DNA of 64,000 nucleotides from an uncultured Candidatus Saccharibacteria bacterium (lineage in GTDB: Bacteria > Patescibacteriota > Saccharimonadia > Saccharimonadales > JALRHH01): assembly GCA_964559915.1 (NCBI GenBank), contig CAZLJP010000003.1:17870-81869 (forward strand). The letters are read 5' to 3'. Positions 1 to 8,587 of this stretch are shown one piece after another. The notes beneath the pieces were generated by a model, which ran no database searches, was not told where the DNA came from, and saw only the letters and a list, made by a program, of their open reading frames with translations. The position numbers were made by a program, and so were the translations under genes. How positions within the stretch are numbered: the stretch's first letter is position 1; each line of letters opens with the position of its first letter.

Positions 1-591
1 ATCCAAAAATCGCTCTTTGGCGACATAGTCCATGTGGTTGGTAGGCTCATCGATTAACGCCAGATCTGCGCGGGCATGTTGCACTTTGACCAGCTCGACA
101 AACCGCTTCTGGCCGCCTGATAATTGGCCAATTGTGCCCTTTATTTTGCTTGATTCAATCTGATAATCTTGCAGACTACGTTCTATTTCTTCCTCAACCG
201 AGAAGTAGCCCAACACGTTAAAGCGTTCCAGCGCCTCGGAATATTCCTCCATCTTTTTCATACTGCTACCCATGGTGTCTGGATAGGTATCAAGGATGTG
301 CTTGAGACTGGCATAGTCTGGTAGGTCGTCGAGGATATATTCCAGGATTGGCGTGTCTTCAAAACCGTGATGTTCCTGACGAGAGTCGATTACCACCAAG
401 TTCTTACGGAAGTCGAATTCCCCCGCAAAGTCGGTATCAGCCCCTGTTAGGATATTGAACAGCGTGGTTTTGCCACTACCATTTCGGCCAATTAAGCCCA
501 CCTTCTCGTGAGCGTTTAGCTTAAACTCCAGGCCGCTATAGAGCACTTTGTCACCGTAAGATTTATCTGCTATATCGATGTTTGCAATCAC
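1..591 (-). CDS. ABC-F type ATPase, N-terminal part (gene runs off the window start)
   Basis: Reverse translation from GTG (589-591, AGGAGG about 9 nt upstream) gives VIANIDIADKSYGDKVLYSGLEF..GRNGSGKTTLF (Walker A)..LSGGQKRF (signature)..LALIDEPTNHMD (Walker B). Open to position 1, so absent from the ORF track. Confidence 0.8.
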   Translation of the reverse strand, partial: MIANIDIADKSYGDKVLYSGLEFKLNAHEKVGLIGRNGSGKTTLFNILTGADTDFAGEFDFRKNLVVIDSRQEHHGFEDTPILEYILDDLPDYASLKHILDTYPDTMGSSMKKMEEYSEALERFNVLGYFSVEEEIERSLQDYQIESSKIKGTIGQLSGGQKRFVELVKVQHARADLALIDEPTNHMDYVAKERFLD

Positions 592-645
592 GAGGCTTCG
601 CCTCCTGGCAGCATAATTATGTTAGATATAAGAAAAATCACTTCT
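592..645 (-). repeat. Shared upstream element, copy 1 (abuts the ABC-F start codon)
   Basis: 44/54 nt identical to 7023-7076 by hand alignment. Core is GCATAATTATGTTAGATA..AGAAAAATCAC. Hairpin GAGGC-TTC-GCCTC lies next to the start codon. Confidence 0.6.
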
Positions 646-1330
646 GTACGTTCTTCTGGATGAGTTCCGCTGTTATGCCCTCTGTTGGTAGACTGCTGGT
701 GATATTGAATGTACCCACTCTGGTACGGCGGAGGTCGGACATATAGGCGCCTGTGCCTAATGTCTCGCCGAGGTCCTGTACCAGACTGCGGATATAGGTG
801 CCTGTGCTTACATGGCTGGTGAACTTCACATATGGATAGTCGTAAGTTGTCAGTTCATTGCTGTGAATTGTGACTGGCCGGGCTTCTAATTCTACTGCTT
901 TGCCAGCACGCGCCAGTTTATAGGCCCGCTGACCGTTGATTTTCATGGCCGAGAACTGTGGTGGTGTCTGCATAATCTGGCCCGTAAACTGCTCTAGCGC
1001 GGCTAGAATGGCTTTTTCATCCGGTACGGTGTCTGATACTGCTGTTTTCTCGCCCTCATCATCGCCCGTGGTACTGGTCTGGCCAAGTTTCATGGTCACT
1101 TCGTAAACCTTGTCTAGCTTGCTAAACTCGCCTGCTCGGCGGGTATATTCTTTGCCGATAACCAGTATCAACAGCCCTGTTGCCAAGGGGTCAAGCGTGC
1201 CACAATGGCCAACTTTTGTGTTCTTTGGCTTGGTACCTTGCGCGCCCGCAACAATTTTGCGCACATAATTAACAACGTCAAATGACGTCCAAGTTTTGGG
1301 CTTATCAATTAGTAGTATCCCTTGCATCAA
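638..1330 (-). CDS. truB: tRNA pseudouridine-55 synthase
   Basis: 230 aa ORF. Has the GHCGTLDPLATGLL catalytic-Asp motif and TruB-like N-terminus GILLIDKPKTWTSFDVV. Confidence 0.9.
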   Translation of the reverse strand: MMQGILLIDKPKTWTSFDVVNYVRKIVAGAQGTKPKNTKVGHCGTLDPLATGLLILVIGKEYTRRAGEFSKLDKVYEVTMKLGQTSTTGDDEGEKTAVSDTVPDEKAILAALEQFTGQIMQTPPQFSAMKINGQRAYKLARAGKAVELEARPVTIHSNELTTYDYPYVKFTSHVSTGTYIRSLVQDLGETLGTGAYMSDLRRTRVGTFNITSSLPTEGITAELIQKNVQK

Positions 1331-1430
1331 TAGACATTATACCTGGCTAAGGGAAAAGAGCAGCCAGACAAAAAGTCACGCCTTTTTGCCTGCGCGACGA
1401 GAAAAACCGCAGGTTTGTCTCTGTTAGAAG

Positions 1431-3134
1431 CTAGGATGGCGGCAGACCAAAGGGGTTCTGCGGGTTCGCTGGATTTGCATTTGGTGCAGCAGGAGGTTGC
1501 TGTGGCTCTGATGTGATATTGCCTGATGTGGGATCTATTTGAATATTGGGACTAGGCATTGTGGGCATAAACGGTGGCGGTACCGTAGGTGGTGCAGACG
1601 GCGTTTCTGTCTGTGCAGCAGTGGTATCAATAGCTGGACCCTGCGGGGGCACAAGGTTTTCTGGCATGGTGAACGGTGCGTCCTGGGTGGGCTGGTTGAG
1701 GTTTTCGCCTAGTGGCTGAGCATTCAAGCCGGCAATTGGCTCTGGAGCTGGGCCAATTGATGCCAGAGCATCACTCACAGCATCACGTGCATTATCAACG
1801 CCCGGTACCAAATTCTCTGCAGCGGTGGGTTCGTTGGCTGTCAAATGAGGGCTACTAACGGCTTCTTCTAGCTTGCTGAGTGTTTGTGGGCCGTCTGCCA
1901 ATGGTGCATTTGCTGGGAAATCTTGGGGCTGGCTAGAAACTGGGGATTCATCGTGACTTAACAGCGGTGTGGAGTGCCGCCCTGCACCCATTGGATCAAT
2001 AGCGGGGTCCAGTGGCTCGGGTTCTGTATTGGCAGTAAGCTTGCTGTCGAATGATGGTGGTTCGGTGATACGGCTTGTACCTCCATCGGCCAGTGACTCT
2101 GATTGAGCCGCAGGCTCTTCGGCAGCCGGTACTTCAGGCTCAAATGGCGGTAGTTCACTCACCTGCTCAGTTTCATCTGAGGATTGTATAGAGCCGTTTT
2201 CATCAATCACCAACTCTTCTTGTGGTAACGCAGGCTCTTCATCAATTACTGGTACTGGAGGCGGTACATCCTCGTGCACTGCTGCATCATGGTCTATCTG
2301 AAGTGCGCCGGCATCTTCTTCGGAATCATTCTTGTCTTCTTGTTTGGCGCCTTTGTGGCCGCGTTTGCCAGCAGATTTCTCTTCTGTTTTGGGCTTTTCC
2401 TCTAGCTTGCTGGCGACCAATTGCTGATTAGCGCCCGCACTCATCAGCCCGGCGCTGATGCTCATAGTTACTGCAGAAGTTCGTTCGTTACTAAAGCGCT
2501 TTGTCTCGGCAATAATACCGGTCAGCAATGATGTAGCAATCTGGCCATCTAGCAAATCAGCCTGAAATGCACCGGCCAAGCCAGCTATCATTTCACACAA
2601 GCTGCTTGCGGTCTGGTCAGCCCAGTTAACCGAGCCAAGACTACTGCTGGTGTTGGTTGTCAGCGAGAATGTAGTAGCGTCGTGCAGAATGCGACCATGA
2701 GCCGTAATAGCACGGTCGAGGTCTTTTTGCTCTTGTACGCCCAATGCCACAACAACTTCAACATTGAAATCACCCTGGCTAAAGTCTAAATCTTTCTCTG
2801 TGATAGAGGTTTTGTACGGCGTGATGAAAATACGGACAAAGTTGTCTTCCACCTTGTAGCGCAGCTTGTCTGCCTTGGACTTATCCAGGGCAATGATGAA
2901 GTCGCGCAACGAATCAGTGTTTTTTTCGAGCGTTTTTTCAGGTTGTAAGAACTCAATCGTTGACGGCACTTCACCGCTAAATACAGCTGTGGCATGCTTG
3001 CCTAGTTTGTTGAGCATCAGCGTCAAACCAATAGCAGCAGATAGTTGGTCCACACTAGGGTTGGTACTGACGCTAACCAGTACGTTATTCGCTGTTTTGA
3101 GACGCTCAATGAGCTGTTGTTTTGGGTTTTCCAT
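1431..3134 (-). CDS. DHH/NrnA-like protein with degenerate motif I and a ~330-aa Pro/Glu/Ala/Gln-rich tail
   Basis: N-terminal ~230 aa resemble NrnA-type DHH phosphoesterases, but the usual H.PDGD motif reads STNPSVDQ. The rest is low complexity. Start moved to ATG 3132-3134 (MENPKQQ); start is uncertain because no SD is visible. Confidence 0.5.
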   Translation of the reverse strand: MENPKQQLIERLKTANNVLVSVSTNPSVDQLSAAIGLTLMLNKLGKHATAVFSGEVPSTIEFLQPEKTLEKNTDSLRDFIIALDKSKADKLRYKVEDNFVRIFITPYKTSITEKDLDFSQGDFNVEVVVALGVQEQKDLDRAITAHGRILHDATTFSLTTNTSSSLGSVNWADQTASSLCEMIAGLAGAFQADLLDGQIATSLLTGIIAETKRFSNERTSAVTMSISAGLMSAGANQQLVASKLEEKPKTEEKSAGKRGHKGAKQEDKNDSEEDAGALQIDHDAAVHEDVPPPVPVIDEEPALPQEELVIDENGSIQSSDETEQVSELPPFEPEVPAAEEPAAQSESLADGGTSRITEPPSFDSKLTANTEPEPLDPAIDPMGAGRHSTPLLSHDESPVSSQPQDFPANAPLADGPQTLSKLEEAVSSPHLTANEPTAAENLVPGVDNARDAVSDALASIGPAPEPIAGLNAQPLGENLNQPTQDAPFTMPENLVPPQGPAIDTTAAQTETPSAPPTVPPPFMPTMPSPNIQIDPTSGNITSEPQQPPAAPNANPANPQNPFGLPPS

Positions 3135-3215
3135 TTTTTGGTTTTTTGACCTCTGTTGGCATGGTAGCATAAACACTTTAGCGAATCAAGTAGTTTGTGC
3201 CCTTACGCAGGGTCT

Positions 3216-3244
3216 TTGACAGCGACACCTTAAAATGGTACATT
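3216..3244 (+). promoter_or_regulatory. Candidate sigma-70 promoter for rpsT
   Basis: TTGACA (3216-3221), 17-nt spacer, TACATT (3239-3244), 38 nt before the rpsT ATG. Confidence 0.4.
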
Positions 3245-3282
3245 TTAGGACGAATTGATACTAAATTCTAAGAGGAAAATAC

Positions 3283-3663
3283 ATGCCAATTATCAAATCA
3301 GCAAAGAAGCGCGTTAAGGTAGCCCGCAAGGCAACTGTTCGCAACGTAAAGACCAAGAAGTCTCTAAAGACTGCTTTGAAAGAATTCTTGGCAAAGCCTG
3401 CGGCTAAGAGCCAGTCAGCTGCCCAAAGCAACCTAGACAAGGCTGTTAAAAAAGGTGTTATTAGCAAGAAAAAGGCTGCTCGCAAGAAGAGCCAGCTTGC
3501 TGCCAAGGCTAAGGCCGCTGGTGTAAAGCACACTGGTACCAAGAAAGCTGCTGCTAAGCCTGCGGCTAAGAAAACCACTACTAAACCAGCTGCAAAAGCT
3601 GCAGTGAAAAAGGCTCCTGCCAAGAAGCCTGCCGCTAAAAAAGCTCCAGCAAAAAAGAAATAA
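3283..3663 (+). CDS. rpsT: 30S ribosomal protein S20 with Lys/Ala/Pro-rich C-terminal extension
   Basis: MPIIKSAKKRVKVARKATVRN is a typical S20 N-terminus, with AGAGGA RBS upstream. At 126 aa it is longer than my recollection of typical S20 (under 90 aa), owing to an AAKPAAKK-type tail. Confidence 0.9.
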   Translation: MPIIKSAKKRVKVARKATVRNVKTKKSLKTALKEFLAKPAAKSQSAAQSNLDKAVKKGVISKKKAARKKSQLAAKAKAAGVKHTGTKKAAAKPAAKKTTTKPAAKAAVKKAPAKKPAAKKAPAKKK

Positions 3664-3682
3664 GAACTATTTCTTAAAAATT

Positions 3683-3706
3683 AAAGAGCCGGAAACGGCT
3701 CTTTTT
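3683..3706. terminator. Bidirectional intrinsic terminator
   Basis: AAAGAGCCG-GAAA-CGGCTCTTT flanked by A- and T-runs, between convergent rpsT and the 109-aa gene. Confidence 0.7.
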
Positions 3707-3724
3707 AATTAAAGTAAGTCGGGA

Positions 3725-4054
3725 TTATTGATTTTTTAAATCATAAATCTCAGAAGCAACACGACCAATTTCTACAGCTTTTTCATTAAGCCTTACAGCA
3801 GACTTTAATGTATCAGAGGCACGTTCAAGTTCTTGCATAGTCTGAGAATGAGTACCCATACGAGAAGGTCGTATTTCCTCTTTGCCTGTTTGTTGGTCCT
3901 TTTCAATTCTTTGAGTAAAGCCATCTACCGCTTCACTTCTTAAATTAATCGCTTGGTCACGATATACTTTCTCTGCTTGAGCTACAAATCGAGCCTTTTC
4001 AACATCCTGGATAGCATCAGGATAGTCTGGGTTGCTTTGTGGGGTTTCACTCAT
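3725..4054 (-). CDS. Hypothetical helical protein (109 aa)
   Basis: Intact ORF with a good upstream promoter. No recognisable motif. Confidence 0.55.
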   Translation of the reverse strand: MSETPQSNPDYPDAIQDVEKARFVAQAEKVYRDQAINLRSEAVDGFTQRIEKDQQTGKEEIRPSRMGTHSQTMQELERASDTLKSAVRLNEKAVEIGRVASEIYDLKNQ

Positions 4055-4125
4055 TTTGGTTTTTTCCTTATCTTTCTTCTTATCTTTCTTTTGGTTCTAG
4101 GTTTTATTTTTTAGAACTTAGATAC

Positions 4126-4154
4126 AATATACACTACTTATGCTTTTTTGTCAA
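4126..4154 (-). promoter_or_regulatory. Sigma-70-like promoter for the 109-aa gene
   Basis: On the minus strand: TTGACA (4154-4149), 17-nt spacer, TATATT (4131-4126). Confidence 0.55.
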
Positions 4155-4422
4155 TAATATTTGTTAAGTGTAAAGCGTCTGGGCGGAATTGGTGCATCGG
4201 AAAAACCGGTGGCTGGCATCAGGGCTGTTCCGAATCAAGCAGCCAGTGTGCCGAGGCTTTTCTTATGAAAAAGCCAGTCGAGGCCGACCGGAGGGAGTTC
4301 TGGCTGCGCGGAACAGTTCTGGTATGACGGCCAACCGTGTTTTTACGCGCACAAGCTTCTTTGCTTCGTTTCTTGGCGACCCAAGAAATGAAGGTGGGCG
4401 GACCTTCAGGTCCGTACGCAAC

Positions 4423-5340
4423 TTATTTCAAAGAAATTATTAAGTTTTGGAGGGCTTCGTCGGCGTCTATTGATTCTGATTTGAGCCGAATATCAAGCTG
4501 CAGCGTGTCGTGAATAAGTTTTTTGAGCTGCGGTAGCGTCATGTTGCGCACAATACCTTGTGTTTTGCGCACCACAAACGGATTGAGTTTGGCTTCTCGC
4601 GCAATATCAGCTGAGTCACGGTCACCTGCTGTTTTGACCAATGCCATAGCGTGCAGTTGCCAGCCTAGCAATGCTAAAATCTGCTGCGGCTCCACTTTCA
4701 TTGCACGCTGTTCAGCATATAACTCGAGTGCCCGCTTAGTCTTACCACCTAGTGCGGCATCCAGTAGTTCAAAAATTGTACTCTGAGGCGTACGTTCTGT
4801 CAGCAAATCAATTGTTTGCCGTGTTATTTTTGCATCGTAGAGTAATAACTTTGCGAGCTCGTTATGTAAAGCTTGCTGATTAGTGCCTACGCGCTCCACC
4901 AAATACGTTGCATCGCCTAGTGATACATCTCCACCCTGCTCTTTGGCGGATTCTACCAACCATTTTGCCAGTTGCGGCACATCCAGTTGGTTGTATTCGT
5001 GCAAGTCTGTGCTCTTTTTTAAAAACTTGTAATAGACTGTGCGTTTGTCAGGTTTGGGCTCTATAATCACCACATCTGTTGAATCGGAAGCTTCTGTGAG
5101 CAGCTTCTCGGCAGACTCTAAAAACTGTTTATTGGCGCTGGGCGCGCGTAGCACCACCAACTTTTTGCTAGCCAGGAATGGCAAACTTTGCAGGGCTTCG
5201 CGCATACGGTCAAACTCTGCTTCTTCGCCGTCTAGTTGTTCCAAAGCCATGTCACCATGCTCTGCCACAAAGCCGTCAACAATCCGTCGCAGCTCTGCAT
5301 GCAACATAAAACTATTCTCGCCCGTTAGTACTGTAATCAT
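4423..5340 (-). CDS. holA: DNA polymerase III delta subunit
   Basis: 305 aa with HolA-like layout (VLTGENSFMLHAEL.. N-terminus, helical C-terminal domain). 4-nt overlap with upstream mutM. Confidence 0.75.
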   Translation of the reverse strand: MITVLTGENSFMLHAELRRIVDGFVAEHGDMALEQLDGEEAEFDRMREALQSLPFLASKKLVVLRAPSANKQFLESAEKLLTEASDSTDVVIIEPKPDKRTVYYKFLKKSTDLHEYNQLDVPQLAKWLVESAKEQGGDVSLGDATYLVERVGTNQQALHNELAKLLLYDAKITRQTIDLLTERTPQSTIFELLDAALGGKTKRALELYAEQRAMKVEPQQILALLGWQLHAMALVKTAGDRDSADIAREAKLNPFVVRKTQGIVRNMTLPQLKKLIHDTLQLDIRLKSESIDADEALQNLIISLK

Positions 5341-6212
5341 GGTTTAGGCACTTTCTGACAGACGGGGCATGTGTGGGTGCCGCGACCGGCGACTTTGGTT
5401 TTAATAATCGTTGTGCCGCAACGCGGGCATGGCAGATTTTCGCGGCGAAAGACGCGGGCAAAGTCCATATAACTACCTCGCTTGCCTTCGGCATTCACAT
5501 AGGTATGGTTGGATGAACCGCCTTTATCAATAGCCAGCTGCAAAACATATTGTAGCTCTTCATATAGCTTTTTAATCGGCGTATCTTTGAGATCTTTGAC
5601 CAACGTGGTGGGGTGAATTTTGGCACCCCACAATGATTCGTCAGCGTAAATATTACCGACGCCGGCAATCACCGTCTGGTCTAGCAATACAGCTTTAATA
5701 TTGCTGTTTTTGCGGCGCTGTAATCGGCCCTTAAATACTTGCCACGTAAAATCTGCGGCTAGTGGCTCGGGTCCAACTTTCTGGAAAAAATCTAAATTTT
5801 CTACCTCGACGGTTGGCATTAACCGAACCCAGCCAAACTTGCGTTGGTCGTTAAAAAACAGACTAGCACCCTTGTCTAGCTGTAATGTGACATGCGTAGA
5901 CTTATCTGGCAACTGCCCAACTAAACTATCACTTGGATGACCCGCGCCAAATCGTTGTTCACCAACATATACTAATTGCCCTGTCATCTTCAAGTGGATG
6001 ACTAGTGTGTAGTTAGTGCTAAGGTCTATGAGTAGCACTTTGGCGCGGCGGCGCACCTGAGTAACTGTGGAGCCAATCAAAAATTGCTCAATGTCAGCAG
6101 GCGCATTTGGAAAGCTTTTGGGCCAATCATGCGTTACGGCCGTAACAATGTGGCCTGGCAATAATTTAGTGAGGCCACTGCGAACGGTCTCGACTTCTGG
6201 TAACTCCGGCAT
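5337..6212 (-). CDS. mutM: Formamidopyrimidine-DNA glycosylase
   Basis: N-terminal MPELPEVETV and C-terminal zinc finger CPRCGTTIIKTKVAGRGTHTCPVCQ. Confidence 0.9.
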   Translation of the reverse strand: MPELPEVETVRSGLTKLLPGHIVTAVTHDWPKSFPNAPADIEQFLIGSTVTQVRRRAKVLLIDLSTNYTLVIHLKMTGQLVYVGEQRFGAGHPSDSLVGQLPDKSTHVTLQLDKGASLFFNDQRKFGWVRLMPTVEVENLDFFQKVGPEPLAADFTWQVFKGRLQRRKNSNIKAVLLDQTVIAGVGNIYADESLWGAKIHPTTLVKDLKDTPIKKLYEELQYVLQLAIDKGGSSNHTYVNAEGKRGSYMDFARVFRRENLPCPRCGTTIIKTKVAGRGTHTCPVCQKVPKP

Positions 6213-6233
6213 AGTACATCTATACTATCAGAT

Positions 6234-6473
6234 ATGAGTGACTCTATTGGTGATTTATTAGATAAGCAGCGTTTTGCAGAACCCCCCGAAATTAAGCAGA
6301 TTCAGGAATTTGTGCAAAAACGCTTCAAAGTAACTCCACATGTCAGTGTATCGCAGAAAAATATCGTCATTGCTGTGCCTAGTGGCGCTCTGGCTGGCGC
6401 ACTGCGCCAACTGCTGCACGAACTACAAGAGACTCTAGATACAGATAAGCGCTTAGTGATTCGTATTCAATAG
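6234..6473 (+). CDS. Small DUF721/DciA-like protein (tentative)
   Basis: 79 aa. NIVIAVPSGALAGALRQLLHELQETL resembles the DUF721 pattern from memory. Overlaps the convergent HAD gene by 21 nt. Confidence 0.45.
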   Translation: MSDSIGDLLDKQRFAEPPEIKQIQEFVQKRFKVTPHVSVSQKNIVIAVPSGALAGALRQLLHELQETLDTDKRLVIRIQ

Positions 6474-7022
6474 TTGTTCGATTTGTTGCTTGAAGGTCTG
6501 GAGGTCTTCGTAGACAATACCTTGCATGCCGATGGCTTGTGCCGCGGTTACATAAGGCTCTCTATCGTCTATAAAAATACATTCTTCTGGCTCAACGCCA
6601 AGTCGCTGGGCGGTAATGGTATAGGCTTCTGGTTCAGGCTTGGCGTGGCCGATTTCGCCTGACGCAACAACCGCATCAAAGTGTTCAGAAAGCTCATCAT
6701 CAGAAAAACGGCGCCACAAACTCTCGCGGCCAATATTGCTGAGCATGCCTGTTTTGTACTGTGGCCGCAGCTGCTTAATATATGCGAGTAATTCTTGGTT
6801 TTTGACCTCGCCACTAGCCAGCGTTGCACGATACGTCTCGTATGGAATATCGAGTACTGCCGCTATTTGCATGCTGGCGTCGTGCGATGATATATAGCCA
6901 CGATTGCCCTGCTGGATGATATCGGTGACGACTTCTGATTTATCTGGATATTTATCGCGAAGAGCTTGGAGCGCGTCCGTTATAAGGACACCGAAGCAGT
7001 CAAAAATAATCGCTTTAATCAT
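6453..7022 (-). CDS. HAD-superfamily hydrolase-like protein
   Basis: MIKAIIFDCFGVLI (motif I, second Asp replaced), SN (motif II-like), FIDDREPYV (motif IV). Confidence 0.75.
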   Translation of the reverse strand: MIKAIIFDCFGVLITDALQALRDKYPDKSEVVTDIIQQGNRGYISSHDASMQIAAVLDIPYETYRATLASGEVKNQELLAYIKQLRPQYKTGMLSNIGRESLWRRFSDDELSEHFDAVVASGEIGHAKPEPEAYTITAQRLGVEPEECIFIDDREPYVTAAQAIGMQGIVYEDLQTFKQQIEQLLNTNH

Positions 7023-7076
7023 CGGGCCTTGCCCGCTGGCGGCATAATTATGTTAGATAGCAGAAAAATCACGTCT
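7023..7076 (-). repeat. Shared upstream element, copy 2 (abuts the HAD start codon)
   Basis: 44/54 identical to 592-645. Hairpin here is CGGGC-CTT-GCCCG, with stem changes compensatory relative to copy 1. Confidence 0.6.
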
Positions 7077-7088
7077 CAATTGTACCAG

Positions 7089-7649
7089 CTACAGCTTAAC
7101 GCTCTGGGTTTGCTTGCTATAATCTGGAATCTGGTCCTGGAACAGGCTACGAATAATTGAACCTTGGCCCCTGAAAGTGCCCAGCTTATTACAATTATTG
7201 GCCCATAGGTTGGATTCGTGTTGGCCATTGACGCTCAAATCATAGATATAACGATTGCCCGTGGGACAAATGCCTCGTTGGTCGAGTAAGCTCTTTTTGC
7301 TACTTATAAATCCTGCATTGCCGAGTGCACTCAAGAAGGTCTCATATGCACTCTGCGTATTTACATACGAAGAGCTGCTGGTGACATTCTGGTCGTAGCC
7401 ACTCAATACTTCTAGGCGACGTTCATTGCGTGACACGCTAATGCGAACTTCACGGTGGCTGTCCTGGCCTACCAAACGACCAATTGTCGTGACACTAACA
7501 CTACTGTTAAGGCCAGCATACGTTATTAACTGCGCTTGAGCAGTCTGTGGCCGCGCAGATGAACCATTATCACCGCGAAGCATTACCCAAATCACCACAA
7601 ATATGAGCAAGAAGATGCCTAAAGCTCCAGCTATATATTTCATCATCAA
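7089..7649 (-). CDS. Hypothetical N-terminally anchored/secreted protein (186 aa)
   Basis: N-terminal hydrophobic helix IAGALGIFLLIFVVIWVML. No known motif. Confidence 0.55.
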   Translation of the reverse strand: MMMKYIAGALGIFLLIFVVIWVMLRGDNGSSARPQTAQAQLITYAGLNSSVSVTTIGRLVGQDSHREVRISVSRNERRLEVLSGYDQNVTSSSSYVNTQSAYETFLSALGNAGFISSKKSLLDQRGICPTGNRYIYDLSVNGQHESNLWANNCNKLGTFRGQGSIIRSLFQDQIPDYSKQTQSVKL

Positions 7650-7784
7650 TATATTTCCTAAATTTAGTAAATATAACGGGCAGTACTCAGAGAATATATA
7701 AGCAAACTCCTGTTCTCTTCCGTTCTTACATTATTATGCCACAAGTGTCAATATTTAGCAACTCTGTTATTATGTATATAACTT

Positions 7785-8525
7785 ATGTGGCTTACTTCAC
7801 TCAGAAGCCCTGATGTAAGTCAGAGCAAAAAATACTCTCAGCGTACACTATTTTGGATGCTTGGTATCCTCATCGTCTTGCTGGTAGTCCATATTGGGCT
7901 ACAGTATCTGAATCTTGAGGTTTATAACGAGAAAAACGGTGCTGTTTATGAACTGGCTAACAGATTCGACTTTGATGATGAATCCAGTGTGATGACATGG
8001 ATATCACAGTTTCAGCTGATTGCATTGAGCGGCATCTGTTTGCTGGCGGCTGTGTTGGAAAAACAGAAAACGCTTAAGAAGCTGTGGCTGATACCGAGCG
8101 TACTAGGCTTGCTCTTCTCTATAGATGAAACTGCCACTTTGCACGAATTTATTCTGCAGAGGATTCATGTTGCATTCTTTGGCGATGCCAAGCCCACGCT
8201 TATGATGAATGCATGGGTTATTATACTGCCGTTTATCGCACTGTTTGCTGGTCTCATGGCATGGAAAATGTTCAAACAATTACCTCGTGTCACGGTTGGG
8301 CTTATCTGCCTTGGTGGTGCAATATTTCTTGGTGGTGCGGTGTTTGTAGATTTAATAACTAATGGCTTGCCAGAGACACCATTTGTGGCACAAGGCATTT
8401 TGGTGGCACTTGAAGAGTCGTCAGAACTGTTGGGTGTCAGCATCGTTATCTACGCAGTCGCAAGCTACATTGAACAGACGTATGGGCATGCTGTCGGCAG
8501 AGCCATCAGACAGTTGAAGGGCTAG
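7785..8525 (+). CDS. Hypothetical polytopic membrane protein (246 aa)
   Basis: Multiple hydrophobic segments. ATG start. Confidence 0.55.
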   Translation: MWLTSLRSPDVSQSKKYSQRTLFWMLGILIVLLVVHIGLQYLNLEVYNEKNGAVYELANRFDFDDESSVMTWISQFQLIALSGICLLAAVLEKQKTLKKLWLIPSVLGLLFSIDETATLHEFILQRIHVAFFGDAKPTLMMNAWVIILPFIALFAGLMAWKMFKQLPRVTVGLICLGGAIFLGGAVFVDLITNGLPETPFVAQGILVALEESSELLGVSIVIYAVASYIEQTYGHAVGRAIRQLKG

Positions 8526-8587
8526 TTGATTATGGGGTGGGCTGATTTGTGTATACGGTATACTAAAGAGGAACCTTAGGTCATTTT

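Noticed and set aside
4189-4443. An 84-aa plus-strand ORF in the holA-downstream spacer.
   Set aside because: The translation is Arg/Gly/Ser-rich, there is no RBS or promoter, it overlaps the holA 3' end, and the DNA is highly self-complementary. It is treated as a candidate RNA region instead.
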